Position numbers and translations under genes: made by a program
Sequence record: OZ035850
Direction: 5' to 3' (one strand)
From: Escherichia phage vB_Eco_TB37
DNA length: 64,000 nucleotides
The notes under the pieces: model-generated
The model's database searches: none
Seen by the model: the letters and a program-made list of their open reading frames with translations, nothing else
Told to the model about the DNA's origin: nothing
Shown: piece after piece, positions 54,091 to 63,054 of the stretch
Position numbering within the stretch: position 1 is the first letter of the stretch
Layout of the letters: the number at the start of each line of letters is the position of its first letter

Positions 54091-54882
54091 ATGGCAATTG
54101 TAGGTGTTCCTGGCTGGATTGGCGAATCTGCCGTGAATGAAACTGGACAACGCTGGATGGATGCTGCGATGAAAGCTGTTCGTGTTTCAGTTCCCGGTTG
54201 GATGAGTTCAATGGCTGGACAATCTAAAGAAGTATATTATAGCGTTGGTGCTAGCAATTCTTACAATAAAGACACACTAATAAATTGGATAAAAGCCCAA
54301 GGCAGTACTCCTGTTGTTATTACTATTACAGGAAATATTGTTTCTCAATCTACTGGTGTTCCATGCTTAGATTTTCCTAGCTCATTAACTAATGCATATG
54401 TTACCTTAAATATTAATAGTGGGGTTCATGTATTAGGTCGGGGAGGAAATGGCGGAAGTAACTCTGCTGGCGGAGCAGGAGGAACTGCAATAAATAACGG
54501 AATTGGAACTCGTTTAAGAATAAACAATAATGGTATTATTGGTGGCGGCGGAGGTGGCGGCGCTGGTGCTAGATACCATCCTTTCCCTCAAATGGATATG
54601 ATATTTGGTGGCGGCGGAGGTCGTCCATTTGGCGCAGCTGGCGCAGCAGGAGGTGGCGCAGCGGCAGCATCCGCTGGTACAATTTCTGCTCCTGGTAAAG
54701 GTACTGTTTCTGGGGTTCACTATGGAGGAAATGGTGGAGATTTGGGAGCTGCTGGCAAATCTTCATATATTCAAGGTGGTACTGGAGGAACTGTTCACTC
54801 GGGCGGTGCGGCTGGTAAAGCTGTTACCGGTAATGCTCCAACTTGGACTAAAGTTGGTACAATATATGGTTCAAGAGTATAA
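54091..54882 (+). CDS. 38: Tail fibre adhesin gp38 (T2-type, glycine-rich)
   Basis: 263 aa; several poly-Gly/Ala tracts (GGGGGGGAGA, FGGGGGRPFGAAGAAGGG) separating variable segments. Confidence 0.85.
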   Translation: MAIVGVPGWIGESAVNETGQRWMDAAMKAVRVSVPGWMSSMAGQSKEVYYSVGASNSYNKDTLINWIKAQGSTPVVITITGNIVSQSTGVPCLDFPSSLTNAYVTLNINSGVHVLGRGGNGGSNSAGGAGGTAINNGIGTRLRINNNGIIGGGGGGGAGARYHPFPQMDMIFGGGGGRPFGAAGAAGGGAAAASAGTISAPGKGTVSGVHYGGNGGDLGAAGKSSYIQGGTGGTVHSGGAAGKAVTGNAPTWTKVGTIYGSRV

Positions 54883-54914
54883 TTTTTGAATAAATATCCT
54901 TAAAAGGAGGGTCT

Positions 54915-55571
54915 ATGGCAGCACCTAGAATATCATTTTCGCCCTCTGATATTCTATTTGGTGTTCTAGATCGCTTGTTCAAAGATAACGCTACCGGGAA
55001 GGTTCTTGCCTCCCGGGTAGCTGTCGTAATTCTTTTATTTATGATGGCGATTGTTTGGTATAGGGGAGATAGTTTCTTTGAGTACTATAAGCAATCAAAG
55101 TATGAAACATACAGTGAAATTATTGAAAAGGAAAGAAATGCACGCTTTGAATCTGTCGCCCTGGAACAACTCCAGATAGTTCATATATCATCTGAGGCAG
55201 ACTTTAGTGCGGTGTATTCTTTCCGCCCTAAAAACTTAAACTATTTTGTTGATATTATAGCATACGAAGGAAGATTACCTTCAACAATAACTGAAAAATC
55301 ACTTGGAGGATATCCTGTTGATAAAACTATGGATGAATATACAGTTCATTTAAATGGACGTCATTATTATTCTGACTCAAAATTTGCTTTTTTACCAACT
55401 AAAAAGCCTACTCCCGAAATAAACTACATGTACAGTTGTCCATATTTTAATTTGGATAATATCTATGCTGGAACGATAACCATGTACTGGTATAGAAATG
55501 ATCATATAAGTAATGACCGCCTTGAATCAATATGTGCTCAGGCGGCCAGAATATTAGGAAGGGCTAAATAA
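54915..55571 (+). CDS. t: Holin T
   Basis: 218 aa; single N-terminal TM segment; MAAPRISFSPSDILFGVLDRL as T4 T. Confidence 0.95.
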   Translation: MAAPRISFSPSDILFGVLDRLFKDNATGKVLASRVAVVILLFMMAIVWYRGDSFFEYYKQSKYETYSEIIEKERNARFESVALEQLQIVHISSEADFSAVYSFRPKNLNYFVDIIAYEGRLPSTITEKSLGGYPVDKTMDEYTVHLNGRHYYSDSKFAFLPTKKPTPEINYMYSCPYFNLDNIYAGTITMYWYRNDHISNDRLESICAQAARILGRAK

Positions 55572-55844
55572 TTATTTGTTCGTATACATCTCTAGATATC
55601 GATATACACCCTCAAAACCCTCGTTGAATTCGTCGATGAGGGTTTTCTTATCTTCTTGAGTTAATTCAGAAACAATTTTACGGAATGAATTCTGATTTAA
55701 TTTTCTACCTTCATGCGTTACTCCAATCTCATTCAGAAATGCAATAAAATTAGCACGATTTTCAACAATATCTTCTCTGGAAAATTTAATCAAAATAGAC
55801 GCAACAGTAATAATTTCACGAACTGTATCAATGTTTTTATTCAT
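55572..55844 (-). CDS. asiA: Anti-sigma70 factor AsiA
   Basis: 90 aa, MNKNIDTVREIITVASILIKFSREDIVENRANFIAFLNEIG as T4 AsiA. Confidence 0.95.
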   Translation of the reverse strand: MNKNIDTVREIITVASILIKFSREDIVENRANFIAFLNEIGVTHEGRKLNQNSFRKIVSELTQEDKKTLIDEFNEGFEGVYRYLEMYTNK

Positions 55845-55856
55845 TAACTATACCAC

Positions 55857-56009
55857 TCAATTAGTTGACTTTGTTATAATATCATCAGACGCTTGATTTG
55901 TAAACTGGTCTGTGTTATTTTCTTCAAAAATTTTTTCTACGAATTCCTTGAACGACTTACGTTCCTGAGCTACATTATGCTCGATTACTTTTTCAAGATT
56001 ATGACTCAT
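55857..56009 (-). CDS. Small hypothetical protein
   Basis: 50-aa ORF read by hand (MSHNLEKVIEHNVAQERKSF…); 4-nt overlap with arn. Confidence 0.35.
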   Translation of the reverse strand: MSHNLEKVIEHNVAQERKSFKEFVEKIFEENNTDQFTNQASDDIITKSTN

Positions 56010-56284
56010 TCGAAATAATCTTCAATTTCATAATCATGGACGTAAATCATTATAGTTTTTAATACATCATCAATACTTTTTCCTGGAGCTGGAATTACGT
56101 AGAAATATCCTGCTTTTGAGAGGTCTTTATAAGTTCCAATCAAGAAATCATTATTCTCAAGATGTAGTTCTTCAACTAATTCATTGACAATTGAGTGGTA
56201 TAAATTTGGTAGAAACTTATATAGCTTTTCTAGAATATCAATTTTGATTGTATATTGAACCACAGACTGAGAATCAATAATCAT
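56006..56284 (-). CDS. arn: Arn anti-restriction protein (McrBC inhibitor)
   Basis: 92 aa acidic protein at the arn position downstream of asiA. Confidence 0.85.
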   Translation of the reverse strand: MIIDSQSVVQYTIKIDILEKLYKFLPNLYHSIVNELVEELHLENNDFLIGTYKDLSKAGYFYVIPAPGKSIDDVLKTIMIYVHDYEIEDYFE

Positions 56285-56367
56285 AGACCTTCCCCTTATG
56301 TTTCTGTTTGCGATTAGATTCTTTAAATGCTTTCTTCTTATCTTTATGAACAGAAGCTTTATTAAAA

Positions 56368-56586
56368 TTATGCTTTGCGACTAAATTGTTCATAGTGCTG
56401 AATTACCTCTCTTAAACATTTGCATGTGAATGAAAACTTTTTAGCTACACCACATTCAAATATATGTTCTCTTAAATCGCGTGTATCGGTATATCCCATC
56501 TCAACAATAAAATGCCGTATTAGATTTTTATCTTTATCATTGAGAGAATTAAAATAATCAGATTTTGAATTAATTTCCCTGGCCAA
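56368..56586 (-). CDS. Hypothetical protein (arn.1 position)
   Basis: 72-aa ORF. Confidence 0.5.
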   Translation of the reverse strand: MAREINSKSDYFNSLNDKDKNLIRHFIVEMGYTDTRDLREHIFECGVAKKFSFTCKCLREVIQHYEQFSRKA

Positions 56587-56866
56587 ATTGAATCACCTTC
56601 AGTTGACGTTTTAATTCTTTTATCATTTCTTCGTTCATCGCAATATAAAGATCACGTAAAGCGGGTTTTAACATTCCATTTACTGGAGAACTAAATGGAC
56701 ATACATAATCTTTTCCTACGAGCTTTTTGGTGAATTCCATATTACAGAACTGAAATGCCGGTTCATTAGCATAAATTCCCCATTTAGTTGACATCATTTT
56801 ATTGGCATATTCCAATGCATTAATTTGATTCGTAATTCCATCAATTTGAAACTTTTTAATATTCAT
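56570..56866 (-). CDS. Hypothetical protein (arn.2 position)
   Basis: 98-aa ORF. Confidence 0.55.
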   Translation of the reverse strand: MNIKKFQIDGITNQINALEYANKMMSTKWGIYANEPAFQFCNMEFTKKLVGKDYVCPFSSPVNGMLKPALRDLYIAMNEEMIKELKRQLKVIQFGQGN

Positions 56867-57327
56867 TAGTAAAGGTCCTCAGAGTAAAGTTCTTTTTCAT
56901 TACCACCACGTTCAATACGTACTTGTCCAGCGTAAGTTGCAATAATCATTGCTTCTTCACGTGTCCAATAATTACTATATTGGTCAATAAACCCTTGGTC
57001 ATCATCACAAACTTGTTGAGTAACTAATTGAGGTTTAACTACATCTAAAACTTCTGCCATATCTTTAGAATAATGACGAGCACCTGGAATAATAAGAGTT
57101 CGTCCATCTTTTAATTTAAAACGATTAGCTGCGCAGACAATTCGTCGTTGATACTTTTGGTTTTCATCCCAATACGCAGTCTGCCAACAAATTTCAGGAA
57201 CTTCTTTCAGAATATCTTCTTCTGTGCATTTATAACCATGCGCTTTAAATTTTTCAACAAGACTTTCTGGAGTTTCACGAGATAAAGGAACATTCAGCAT
57301 TTTTAAACGATTAATAAATGGGTTCAT
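56866..57327 (-). CDS. Hypothetical protein (arn.3 position)
   Basis: 153-aa ORF. Confidence 0.6.
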   Translation of the reverse strand: MNPFINRLKMLNVPLSRETPESLVEKFKAHGYKCTEEDILKEVPEICWQTAYWDENQKYQRRIVCAANRFKLKDGRTLIIPGARHYSKDMAEVLDVVKPQLVTQQVCDDDQGFIDQYSNYWTREEAMIIATYAGQVRIERGGNEKELYSEDLY

Positions 57328-57653
57328 TTAAACCATCCTTTAATACGTTGCCACAAAGTTTTCTGTTGAGCTTTGTTAACACCAATTGAACGAATAACCG
57401 GTTGAGATTCCTGGAATTCTTTATAATCAGCAAGGTAAATTTCGTAAGCTGCATCCGTAAATGAACTTATCGCTGCCATAAAATTATTGCGAATACCTAC
57501 TGGAGCATCTTTACTTTCACGAATAATCATGTATTTACCAGTCTTAATCTTTACGATAGTTCCAAGATAAGCTCCGTGGTACCAGATGTCCCAACCCTCT
57601 TGAGTAGGTTCTGCGCAACGACGAAGTTCATTAACAATTTCTAACTTGTTCAT
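57324..57653 (-). CDS. Hypothetical protein (arn.4 position)
   Basis: 109-aa ORF. Confidence 0.6.
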   Translation of the reverse strand: MNKLEIVNELRRCAEPTQEGWDIWYHGAYLGTIVKIKTGKYMIIRESKDAPVGIRNNFMAAISSFTDAAYEIYLADYKEFQESQPVIRSIGVNKAQQKTLWQRIKGWFK

Positions 57654-57663
57654 TATTTATTCC

Positions 57664-58299
57664 TCACAGTTCAGATGCTACAGCGATTACAGCTTCAATG
57701 TTTTCTGCCGAACGTTTAATGTCAAGATACACATTACCGTTTTTAGCGATTTTACATGACATTCCGATGTCAGTAAATTTCTGAATATGATGTTCCATCA
57801 TTTTATATCCAAAAATTCGCATATTTCCATTGTTGTTAATTTCAAAATTACGAATTCCGTGAGTGCGTTTTTCTAAAATAGCGAGATAGTTACTGCGATA
57901 AGTTTCAACCTTTTTAAGAACAAATCCATTTTCATCTAAAAGTTTTAACATGAGGTCTTTATCTTCTTCCATATCGGAAGTAATCTCACGAGCTTTACGA
58001 GTTGCTCGTTTTTTCAGCAGTTCCGGAGCATTTTCCTGCGCGTATAAAGTTGCTGCATTTGAAATAATATCCTGAGCTTCACCTGTAATGATTAATCCAT
58101 CACCAGATTTCTCCACCAGGCCTTTTTTAATCAATACCCCAATATTACTATTAACTACTGCGTTACCTAAATCTGGATGCACCTCACGAACTTCTGCGGC
58201 TGTAATGAAATCTTTCTTAGCAATGGTAATTAAAATCGCAGCAGTTTTTTCATTCAGAACATCGTTAGAAGCTTTGATGATGTAAGTTACTTTAGACAT
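57664..58299 (-). CDS. motA: MotA middle-transcription activator
   Basis: 211 aa, MSKVTYIIKASNDVLNEKTAAILITIAKKDF as T4 MotA; early promoter upstream. Confidence 0.95.
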   Translation of the reverse strand: MSKVTYIIKASNDVLNEKTAAILITIAKKDFITAAEVREVHPDLGNAVVNSNIGVLIKKGLVEKSGDGLIITGEAQDIISNAATLYAQENAPELLKKRATRKAREITSDMEEDKDLMLKLLDENGFVLKKVETYRSNYLAILEKRTHGIRNFEINNNGNMRIFGYKMMEHHIQKFTDIGMSCKIAKNGNVYLDIKRSAENIEAVIAVASEL

Positions 58300-58331
58300 T
58301 TTCTAATCTCCGTAATTCTGTATCAGTAGTT

Positions 58332-58372
58332 GATAGTTGTATAGTACCACAGTATGCTTTGGTTGTAAACCG
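58332..58372 (-). promoter_or_regulatory. Early promoter for motA
   Basis: Minus strand GTTTACA, spacer, GGTACTATACAACTATCAAC; follows an A-rich UP-like tract. Confidence 0.6.
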
Positions 58373-58380
58373 TTTTGTGA

Positions 58381-58423
58381 AAAAATTTTTAAAATAAAAA
58401 AGGGAGAGCCTCGGCTCTCCCTA
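58381..58423 (-). terminator. Rho-independent terminator upstream of the motA promoter
   Basis: GGGAGAGCC/GGCUCUCCC hairpin followed on the minus strand by a long U-rich tract. Confidence 0.7.
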
Positions 58424-58426
58424 AAA

Positions 58427-58576
58427 TTACTGCATGACTGTGATAACTGTCATGATAACACGTTGAATTCCGAACGCAAGAAGACCTCCTGCTACGGCTG
58501 GAATAACACCTACCCCCGCTAGTAAAATGCCGCCAGATACTAATGCTGCGCTTGTAATACCTATAAATGGACTCAT
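58427..58576 (-). CDS. Small hydrophobic membrane protein
   Basis: 49-aa ORF read by hand (MSPFIGITSAALVSGGILLAGVGVIPAVAGG…); ATGA overlap with gene 52 stop. Confidence 0.45.
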   Translation of the reverse strand: MSPFIGITSAALVSGGILLAGVGVIPAVAGGLLAFGIQRVIMTVITVMQ

Positions 58577-59901
58577 TTGATTTCCTCTAAATCTTTAGTG
58601 TATTCGGTAACTACATCAGTAGTTTTCCAATATTCGTTTTCTTCTTTCTTAGCTTTAGCTTCTTCAGCAAGTTTCTTTGCTTCGTCGGAAGTCATATGAA
58701 AAATATTCATTCCGACTAGTTTATCAACATAAGAAGAATACATCTCAATTTTAGAAAGTTCTTCGGTCAGTTCTTTGCGAGTTTTACCTTGTACAACAAT
58801 TTCACCTGAAATTACTTTCTTAATGAAATGTGCCTTGGCAAAGGCTAAACGAAATGCTGATTCAGTTTCTTTGATTTTGTTATCAATTCGTTTTTGGACA
58901 TAAGTTTTACGAACTTCAACGAAGTCTTTGATTAAATCAACTACGTTATCGTAAACTTGTAGCTTTCCTTTCTCATTAATAACGGTGATATTCTGGGAAC
59001 GACGCTCAATCAACCCAAAGTCTTTCATGATTTTTGCATGGCGTTCTTCTTCGTTATCGCTTAAGGAATATTCTTTACGGAATTTAACTTTGAAGCCAAA
59101 ACCATGCTCACCGCAAGCATCATCCCACGTAATGAAGCCTTTATCTTCAAGCGGGTCTAAGATTTTACTCACATAAGTTTCACGATCATACTTATACGGA
59201 ATCTCAGTGATATGCATTTGAGTTCGTGAAGTAAACTTGTATGTTCCACGAATTTCATATTGACCGTCAATTTCAACGACTTCACCGCGAAATTCTGGGA
59301 ATTCTACCTTCGGTTTAGTTACTTTCTTTCCTTGAAGAGCTTGCAGTACAGCTTTCTTGACAGAAGAAACGCTATGAGGAAGAATGTAAGTTGCATAACC
59401 AGTTGCAATACCGGAAACACCATTAAGAAGAACAGTAGGAATAATAGGCAAATAGAAAGCAGGCGGAATGTGTTCTTTATCTTGATGTACCGGAGCATAT
59501 TCAGTATCTTTATATACATTATAGAAATTTTTACTTACACGAGCAAAAATATAACGACTTGCCGCTGCTTTTTGAACGGTACGAGAACCAAAGTTTCCTT
59601 GACCATCTAACAAAGGAAAGTTATTATTCCAAGTGTTAGCCATCAAAGCACCTGCGTCTTGCGCAGAGTTTTCACCATGATGATATCCAAGGTCTGCTAC
59701 ACCGCCTGCAATAGAAGCGAGTTTGTGAAACTTATCTTTATTTCCTCGTGCCAAATCAAGAGCTCGAGCAATAACAAATCGTTGAACTGGCTTAAATCCA
59801 TCAATCATATTTGGGATAGCACGATTTTCAACCGTGTACATAGCATAAGCCAATGCTTCATTATCAATGATACTTTTTAAATCGCGATTATTCAGTTGCA
59901 T
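58573..59901 (-). CDS. 52: DNA topoisomerase II medium subunit gp52
   Basis: 442 aa, MQLNNRDLKSIIDNEALAYAMYTVENRAIP as T4 gp52. Confidence 0.95.
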   Translation of the reverse strand: MQLNNRDLKSIIDNEALAYAMYTVENRAIPNMIDGFKPVQRFVIARALDLARGNKDKFHKLASIAGGVADLGYHHGENSAQDAGALMANTWNNNFPLLDGQGNFGSRTVQKAAASRYIFARVSKNFYNVYKDTEYAPVHQDKEHIPPAFYLPIIPTVLLNGVSGIATGYATYILPHSVSSVKKAVLQALQGKKVTKPKVEFPEFRGEVVEIDGQYEIRGTYKFTSRTQMHITEIPYKYDRETYVSKILDPLEDKGFITWDDACGEHGFGFKVKFRKEYSLSDNEEERHAKIMKDFGLIERRSQNITVINEKGKLQVYDNVVDLIKDFVEVRKTYVQKRIDNKIKETESAFRLAFAKAHFIKKVISGEIVVQGKTRKELTEELSKIEMYSSYVDKLVGMNIFHMTSDEAKKLAEEAKAKKEENEYWKTTDVVTEYTKDLEEIK

Positions 59902-59905
59902 AAAT

Positions 59906-60046
59906 TTACCATACTAGTGAATGTAGTGCCATAATAACATCAGAAATGAAAAGCACGACTTGAATTAATCCGAACATTACTCCATAATATAGTGCTACCA
60001 ATAAAGTAGCAAGGGCTAATGAATAGCCCAAGATTTTCTTAATCAT
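59906..60046 (-). CDS. Small hydrophobic protein
   Basis: 46-aa ORF read by hand (MIKKILGYSLALATLLVALYYGVMFG…). Confidence 0.4.
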   Translation of the reverse strand: MIKKILGYSLALATLLVALYYGVMFGLIQVVLFISDVIMALHSLVW

Positions 60047-60197
60047 TAGTAGATAACAACACAAATGTTAAATATGCACACATACCCTGGGCTAAAGCTT
60101 GTGAAAACACACTGCTAGCATCGATACAGATAGTTAAAACACATGCTACTATCCAACAAATAAATGAAATAACTCCTAATAATTTTGCGATATTCAT
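60039..60197 (-). CDS. Small membrane protein
   Basis: ATG at 60197 with GAGGAGAAT RBS gives 52 aa (MNIAKLLGVISFICWIVACVL…). Confidence 0.45.
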   Translation of the reverse strand: MNIAKLLGVISFICWIVACVLTICIDASSVFSQALAQGMCAYLTFVLLSTND

Positions 60198-60207
60198 AAT
60201 ATTCTCC

Positions 60208-60363
60208 TCAACTATTTTTAGAACCAATGTACGCGAATAATGATAAAATCGCTAATACGCCCTGAGCTGATGCTTGCAAAAATACTGAAGTTTCTCCGGT
60301 TATTACTGTTCCGATGCATAAAAAGAACCAACAGAAAAAGGCTATACCGTGAACAAATTTCAT
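60208..60363 (-). CDS. Small membrane protein, possibly ac
   Basis: 51-aa ORF read by hand (MKFVHGIAFFCWFFLCIGTVITG…) with GTGAGGAAAAT RBS; size and position fit T4 ac. Confidence 0.5.
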   Translation of the reverse strand: MKFVHGIAFFCWFFLCIGTVITGETSVFLQASAQGVLAILSLFAYIGSKNS

Positions 60364-60370
60364 ATTTTCC

Positions 60371-60451
60371 TCACTGGCGTCCGAAGACGCCTTTGGTTTT
60401 AAGATTGTTACGATAGAACTGCATCACATGTTCGTTATGGAAATTACTCAT
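60371..60451 (-). CDS. stp: Stp peptide
   Basis: 26-aa [29 protein letters not shown] read by hand; 3' end forms a GGCGUC-UUCG-GACGCC hairpin. Confidence 0.75.
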
Positions 60452-60909
60452 TAATATGCCTGCAAAACAAATTTAAAGTTATCAGCCAACATACGGTTCA
60501 TTTCTTCAAGTGTTTGATACTCAGAATGATGATTACGAGTAAACGCTAAAGCTAACTGTCCTTTTCCAAATCCCGTCGTCAAAGGTTTCATCTTAGAAGC
60601 AGGCAGATAAAATACTGTGTATGGAACATTGTTATTTGCAATAGTACGTGCAAGTTGAGACCGGCGTTGACGAATATGACTTAGAACTGCACTGAATCCT
60701 TGCTTAGAACGCTGATTACCTACATAAAATCGTGCAGACACACATGGATTACTAAATGGACGACCATCTAATTTACACACTAAAAAGTAAAATCCAGGTT
60801 TAGATAAAATATCTTTATGCGGAGTTCCCAAAAACCACTCACCACCCTTGATTGTACCAATAACAGTAGCGCCTGCATTGTTCAGATCAGTAACAGTCAT
60901 GTATTTCAT
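60451..60909 (-). CDS. ndd: Ndd nucleoid disruption protein
   Basis: ATG at 60909 with AGAGGAAATT RBS gives about 152 aa ([28 protein letters not shown]…). Confidence 0.9.
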
Positions 60910-60969
60910 AATAATTTCCTCTAAATTATTTTCTACTCCAAGGCCGCATGAATACACACGGCCATTAAA

Positions 60970-61185
60970 TTAATCGTCGCAGTCGACGCTCAATTCCCAA
61001 AACTCTTCTACGGTATAAGTTTCAGTATCATTTTCAATACAGAAACGTTCATTACTGTTATTTGCTAAAGTAGCGTTAACTGTCGGTTTCTCGCTAGTGC
61101 TCTTAAGAGGTGAAATACGAATTAACTGATCACCGTTATCTAAACAGAAAATTTCACCAACTTTTACATCTTTAAAAATTTTCAT
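60970..61185 (-). CDS. Hypothetical protein
   Basis: 71-aa ORF with GAGGTG RBS. Confidence 0.55.
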   Translation of the reverse strand: MKIFKDVKVGEIFCLDNGDQLIRISPLKSTSEKPTVNATLANNSNERFCIENDTETYTVEEFWELSVDCDD

Positions 61186-61193
61186 AATTCACC

Positions 61194-61301
61194 TCAAGGA
61201 GTATAAAATCCGAATGCAGTTGTTGACCATCCCATCCAATATGGAAAATTTGCACCAATGTAAAACATAAGAATATAAAACCAACCGCTCAGCAAATTCA
61301 T
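61194..61301 (-). CDS. Very small hydrophobic ORF
   Basis: 35-aa ORF read by hand (MNLLSGWFYILMFYIGANFPYWMGW…); ATGA overlap with the upstream ORF. Confidence 0.3.
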   Translation of the reverse strand: MNLLSGWFYILMFYIGANFPYWMGWSTTAFGFYTP

Positions 61302-61519
61302 CATTTTACACCATTCCAAATTGTTTCAACCACAGATTTTAAACCATTTTGATGAATATCAATTCCGACTACTGTCATCAAATAGATTCCAACTACAACT
61401 GAACCTAAGGCAAAAATCAGCATGAAAATGAATAAAGCCGGAAAAATATTATCGAAAAACCATTCAATAAATGTAAAAGCACTGCGTTTACGCTTCATAT
61501 TTTCCTCACATAAATCCAA
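61301..61519 (-). CDS. Small membrane protein
   Basis: 72-aa ORF with a central hydrophobic helix. Confidence 0.5.
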   Translation of the reverse strand: MDLCEENMKRKRSAFTFIEWFFDNIFPALFIFMLIFALGSVVVGIYLMTVVGIDIHQNGLKSVVETIWNGVK

Positions 61520-61619
61520 AGTAAACGTTTAATACATCAATCATTAAAACGATTGGGAATATACACAAAACTGTTAGTATTATAACTACATTCCATATAG
61601 CTTTAACAATCTTTTTCAT
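61506..61619 (-). CDS. Small membrane protein
   Basis: ATG at 61619 with GGAGG RBS gives 37 aa (MKKIVKAIWNVVIILTVLCIFPIVLM…). Confidence 0.4.
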   Translation of the reverse strand: MKKIVKAIWNVVIILTVLCIFPIVLMIDVLNVYFGFM

Positions 61620-61639
61620 TTTCTGTTCCTCCGTAGTTG

Positions 61640-61680
61640 ATAGTTGTATAGTACCACAGAGGAACAGTCTTGTAAACAAC
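61640..61680 (-). promoter_or_regulatory. Early promoter
   Basis: Minus strand GTTTACA, spacer, GGTACTATACAACTATCAAC. Confidence 0.55.
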
Positions 61681-61862
61681 TTTTTTAAAAATATTCGTAA
61701 TAAATGTGAATACCAATCACTACTGCCGAAACTTGTGCAACCAACCATGCACACGCAATAAGTACAGAATTCAAAATTTTCATAATAACCTCATCACAAA
61801 AGTAAATGTTAAACAAATTACTGGAATACTAATTAACCAAACAAAACACCACCATAATGAAC

Positions 61863-62126
61863 TCATAGTTCAATCTCAACGATTTCCAGGTGTTTTTGTT
61901 TTATTGCCTTTTTAACACAATCATGGACTAAATATGACCATGAATCATTATATTCTCCATTAACTAATCGTTGGAGATCTTCACGTGATGATAAGTAAGG
62001 TTGATCTGATTCCCATTTTGATAAAAATACTGCAGTAAAAATATCTCCTTCACCTGTAGTTGAAGTCGTAAATGCAATAAATTCACCGGTAATTTTATGT
62101 TTAGCGTAATAAAATTTAAATTTCAT
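61863..62126 (-). CDS. Hypothetical protein
   Basis: ATG at 62126 with GGAGGAG RBS gives 87 aa (MKFKFYYAKHKITGEF…). Confidence 0.5.
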   Translation of the reverse strand: MKFKFYYAKHKITGEFIAFTTSTTGEGDIFTAVFLSKWESDQPYLSSREDLQRLVNGEYNDSWSYLVHDCVKKAIKQKHLEIVEIEL

Positions 62127-62145
62127 TTTTACTCCTCCGTAGCTG

Positions 62146-62186
62146 ATAGTTGTATAGTACCACGGTCCTTGTGGTATGTAAACCAT
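62146..62186 (-). promoter_or_regulatory. Early promoter
   Basis: Minus strand GTTTACA, spacer, GGTACTATACAACTATCAGC. Confidence 0.55.
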
Positions 62187-62202
62187 TTTGTGAAATTTTT
62201 TT

Positions 62203-62760
62203 TTAAATGGAAAGATACCATCCGTTGTAGTTGCTTTTTCTTACAACCTTACGAAGGTCTTCTCTGTCACCGATGAACTTCGGAGTGTACTGGATGACAC
62301 CTGGATGAATTTCTTTAGTGTTGAATATAATTATACAGTCAGCGACTTGATGATTTAGAATGGGCCCTAAATTTATTCCAGAACCATATGGATACTCTCC
62401 GCTGCATCCCGTTGTTACCGAAATCCAACGCGAGTCAGTTTGGTGTGTCTTAACTTCTACACGAAGCCCGCAATATTTTGGATGCGCTAAAACATCCCAT
62501 GCATACGTGTACGGATCATCGACATTTTCTTGGCCTTTATTGACATATCCGCTTAGCCAATCTGCCACAAAAAACTCTGCGTACACAGCGATACGGCATC
62601 TTTCGATAACTTCTGCTTTATCCTGGTTCGGGTTTTGTTTTAAAGAGTATCTTGCTGTATCAGCAATTTTGACCTTCATTTCACTAGTCAAGTCACTGTT
62701 CGATAGGGTAAATGTCGGAATCTGAAATAGTCTCTGTAAACCCGGATTCGTTTTCTGCAT
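62203..62760 (-). CDS. denB: Endonuclease IV
   Basis: 185 aa, position and length as T4 DenB. Confidence 0.88.
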   Translation of the reverse strand: MQKTNPGLQRLFQIPTFTLSNSDLTSEMKVKIADTARYSLKQNPNQDKAEVIERCRIAVYAEFFVADWLSGYVNKGQENVDDPYTYAWDVLAHPKYCGLRVEVKTHQTDSRWISVTTGCSGEYPYGSGINLGPILNHQVADCIIIFNTKEIHPGVIQYTPKFIGDREDLRKVVRKSNYNGWYLSI

Positions 62761-62789
62761 TTAAACTTTCCTTTATGTCGGAATCATAA

Positions 62790-62830
62790 TTTCTCTTAAA
62801 ACAAAAGGGCCGAAGCCCTTATTTTATTTG
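62790..62830 (-). terminator. Terminator hairpin between denB.1-position ORF and denB
   Basis: AAGGGC-TTCG-GCCCTT hairpin with U-rich tract on the minus strand. Confidence 0.55.
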
Positions 62831-63018
62831 AATTGTGCGATTCTTTTCTCTAGACACTCAGCATAAGATTTCATTGAGATGAACTGTGAAAGCAGCAGTT
62901 CTTGCTCAACTGCACTAACCGTTAGAAACTTTGTGCTTTCTAAAAATTTGCTCAGTGCATTAATTTTGAGCATTAATTGATCGTATTCTTCTTTTACTCG
63001 TGCTTGATAACCTAACAT
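62824..63018 (-). CDS. Hypothetical protein (denB.1 position)
   Basis: 64-aa ORF flanked by GC hairpins. Confidence 0.55.
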   Translation of the reverse strand: MLGYQARVKEEYDQLMLKINALSKFLESTKFLTVSAVEQELLLSQFISMKSYAECLEKRIAQFK

Positions 63019-63035
63019 AATTTTCCTTAATATGA

Positions 63036-63054
63036 TAAGGGCCGAAGCCCTTAT
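63036..63054 (-). terminator. GC hairpin immediately after rIIB
   Basis: TAAGGGC-TTCG-GCCCTTA hairpin overlapping the rIIB stop; no strong U-tract. Confidence 0.4.

Noticed and set aside
54400-54800. Glycine/alanine-rich low-complexity DNA inside gene 38, considered as simple-sequence repeat or contamination.
   Set aside because: The tracts stay in frame within a complete ORF in the expected gp38 position; this matches glycine-rich tip adhesins.
41078-62190. Repeated motif GTTGATAGTTGTATAGTACCAC considered as possible CRISPR repeats or a mobile-element terminal repeat.
   Set aside because: Copies are irregularly spaced (0.5 to 17 kb), each lies just upstream of an ORF and is followed by GTTTACA at promoter spacing; no spacer-repeat periodicity and no transposase. 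These are early promoters.
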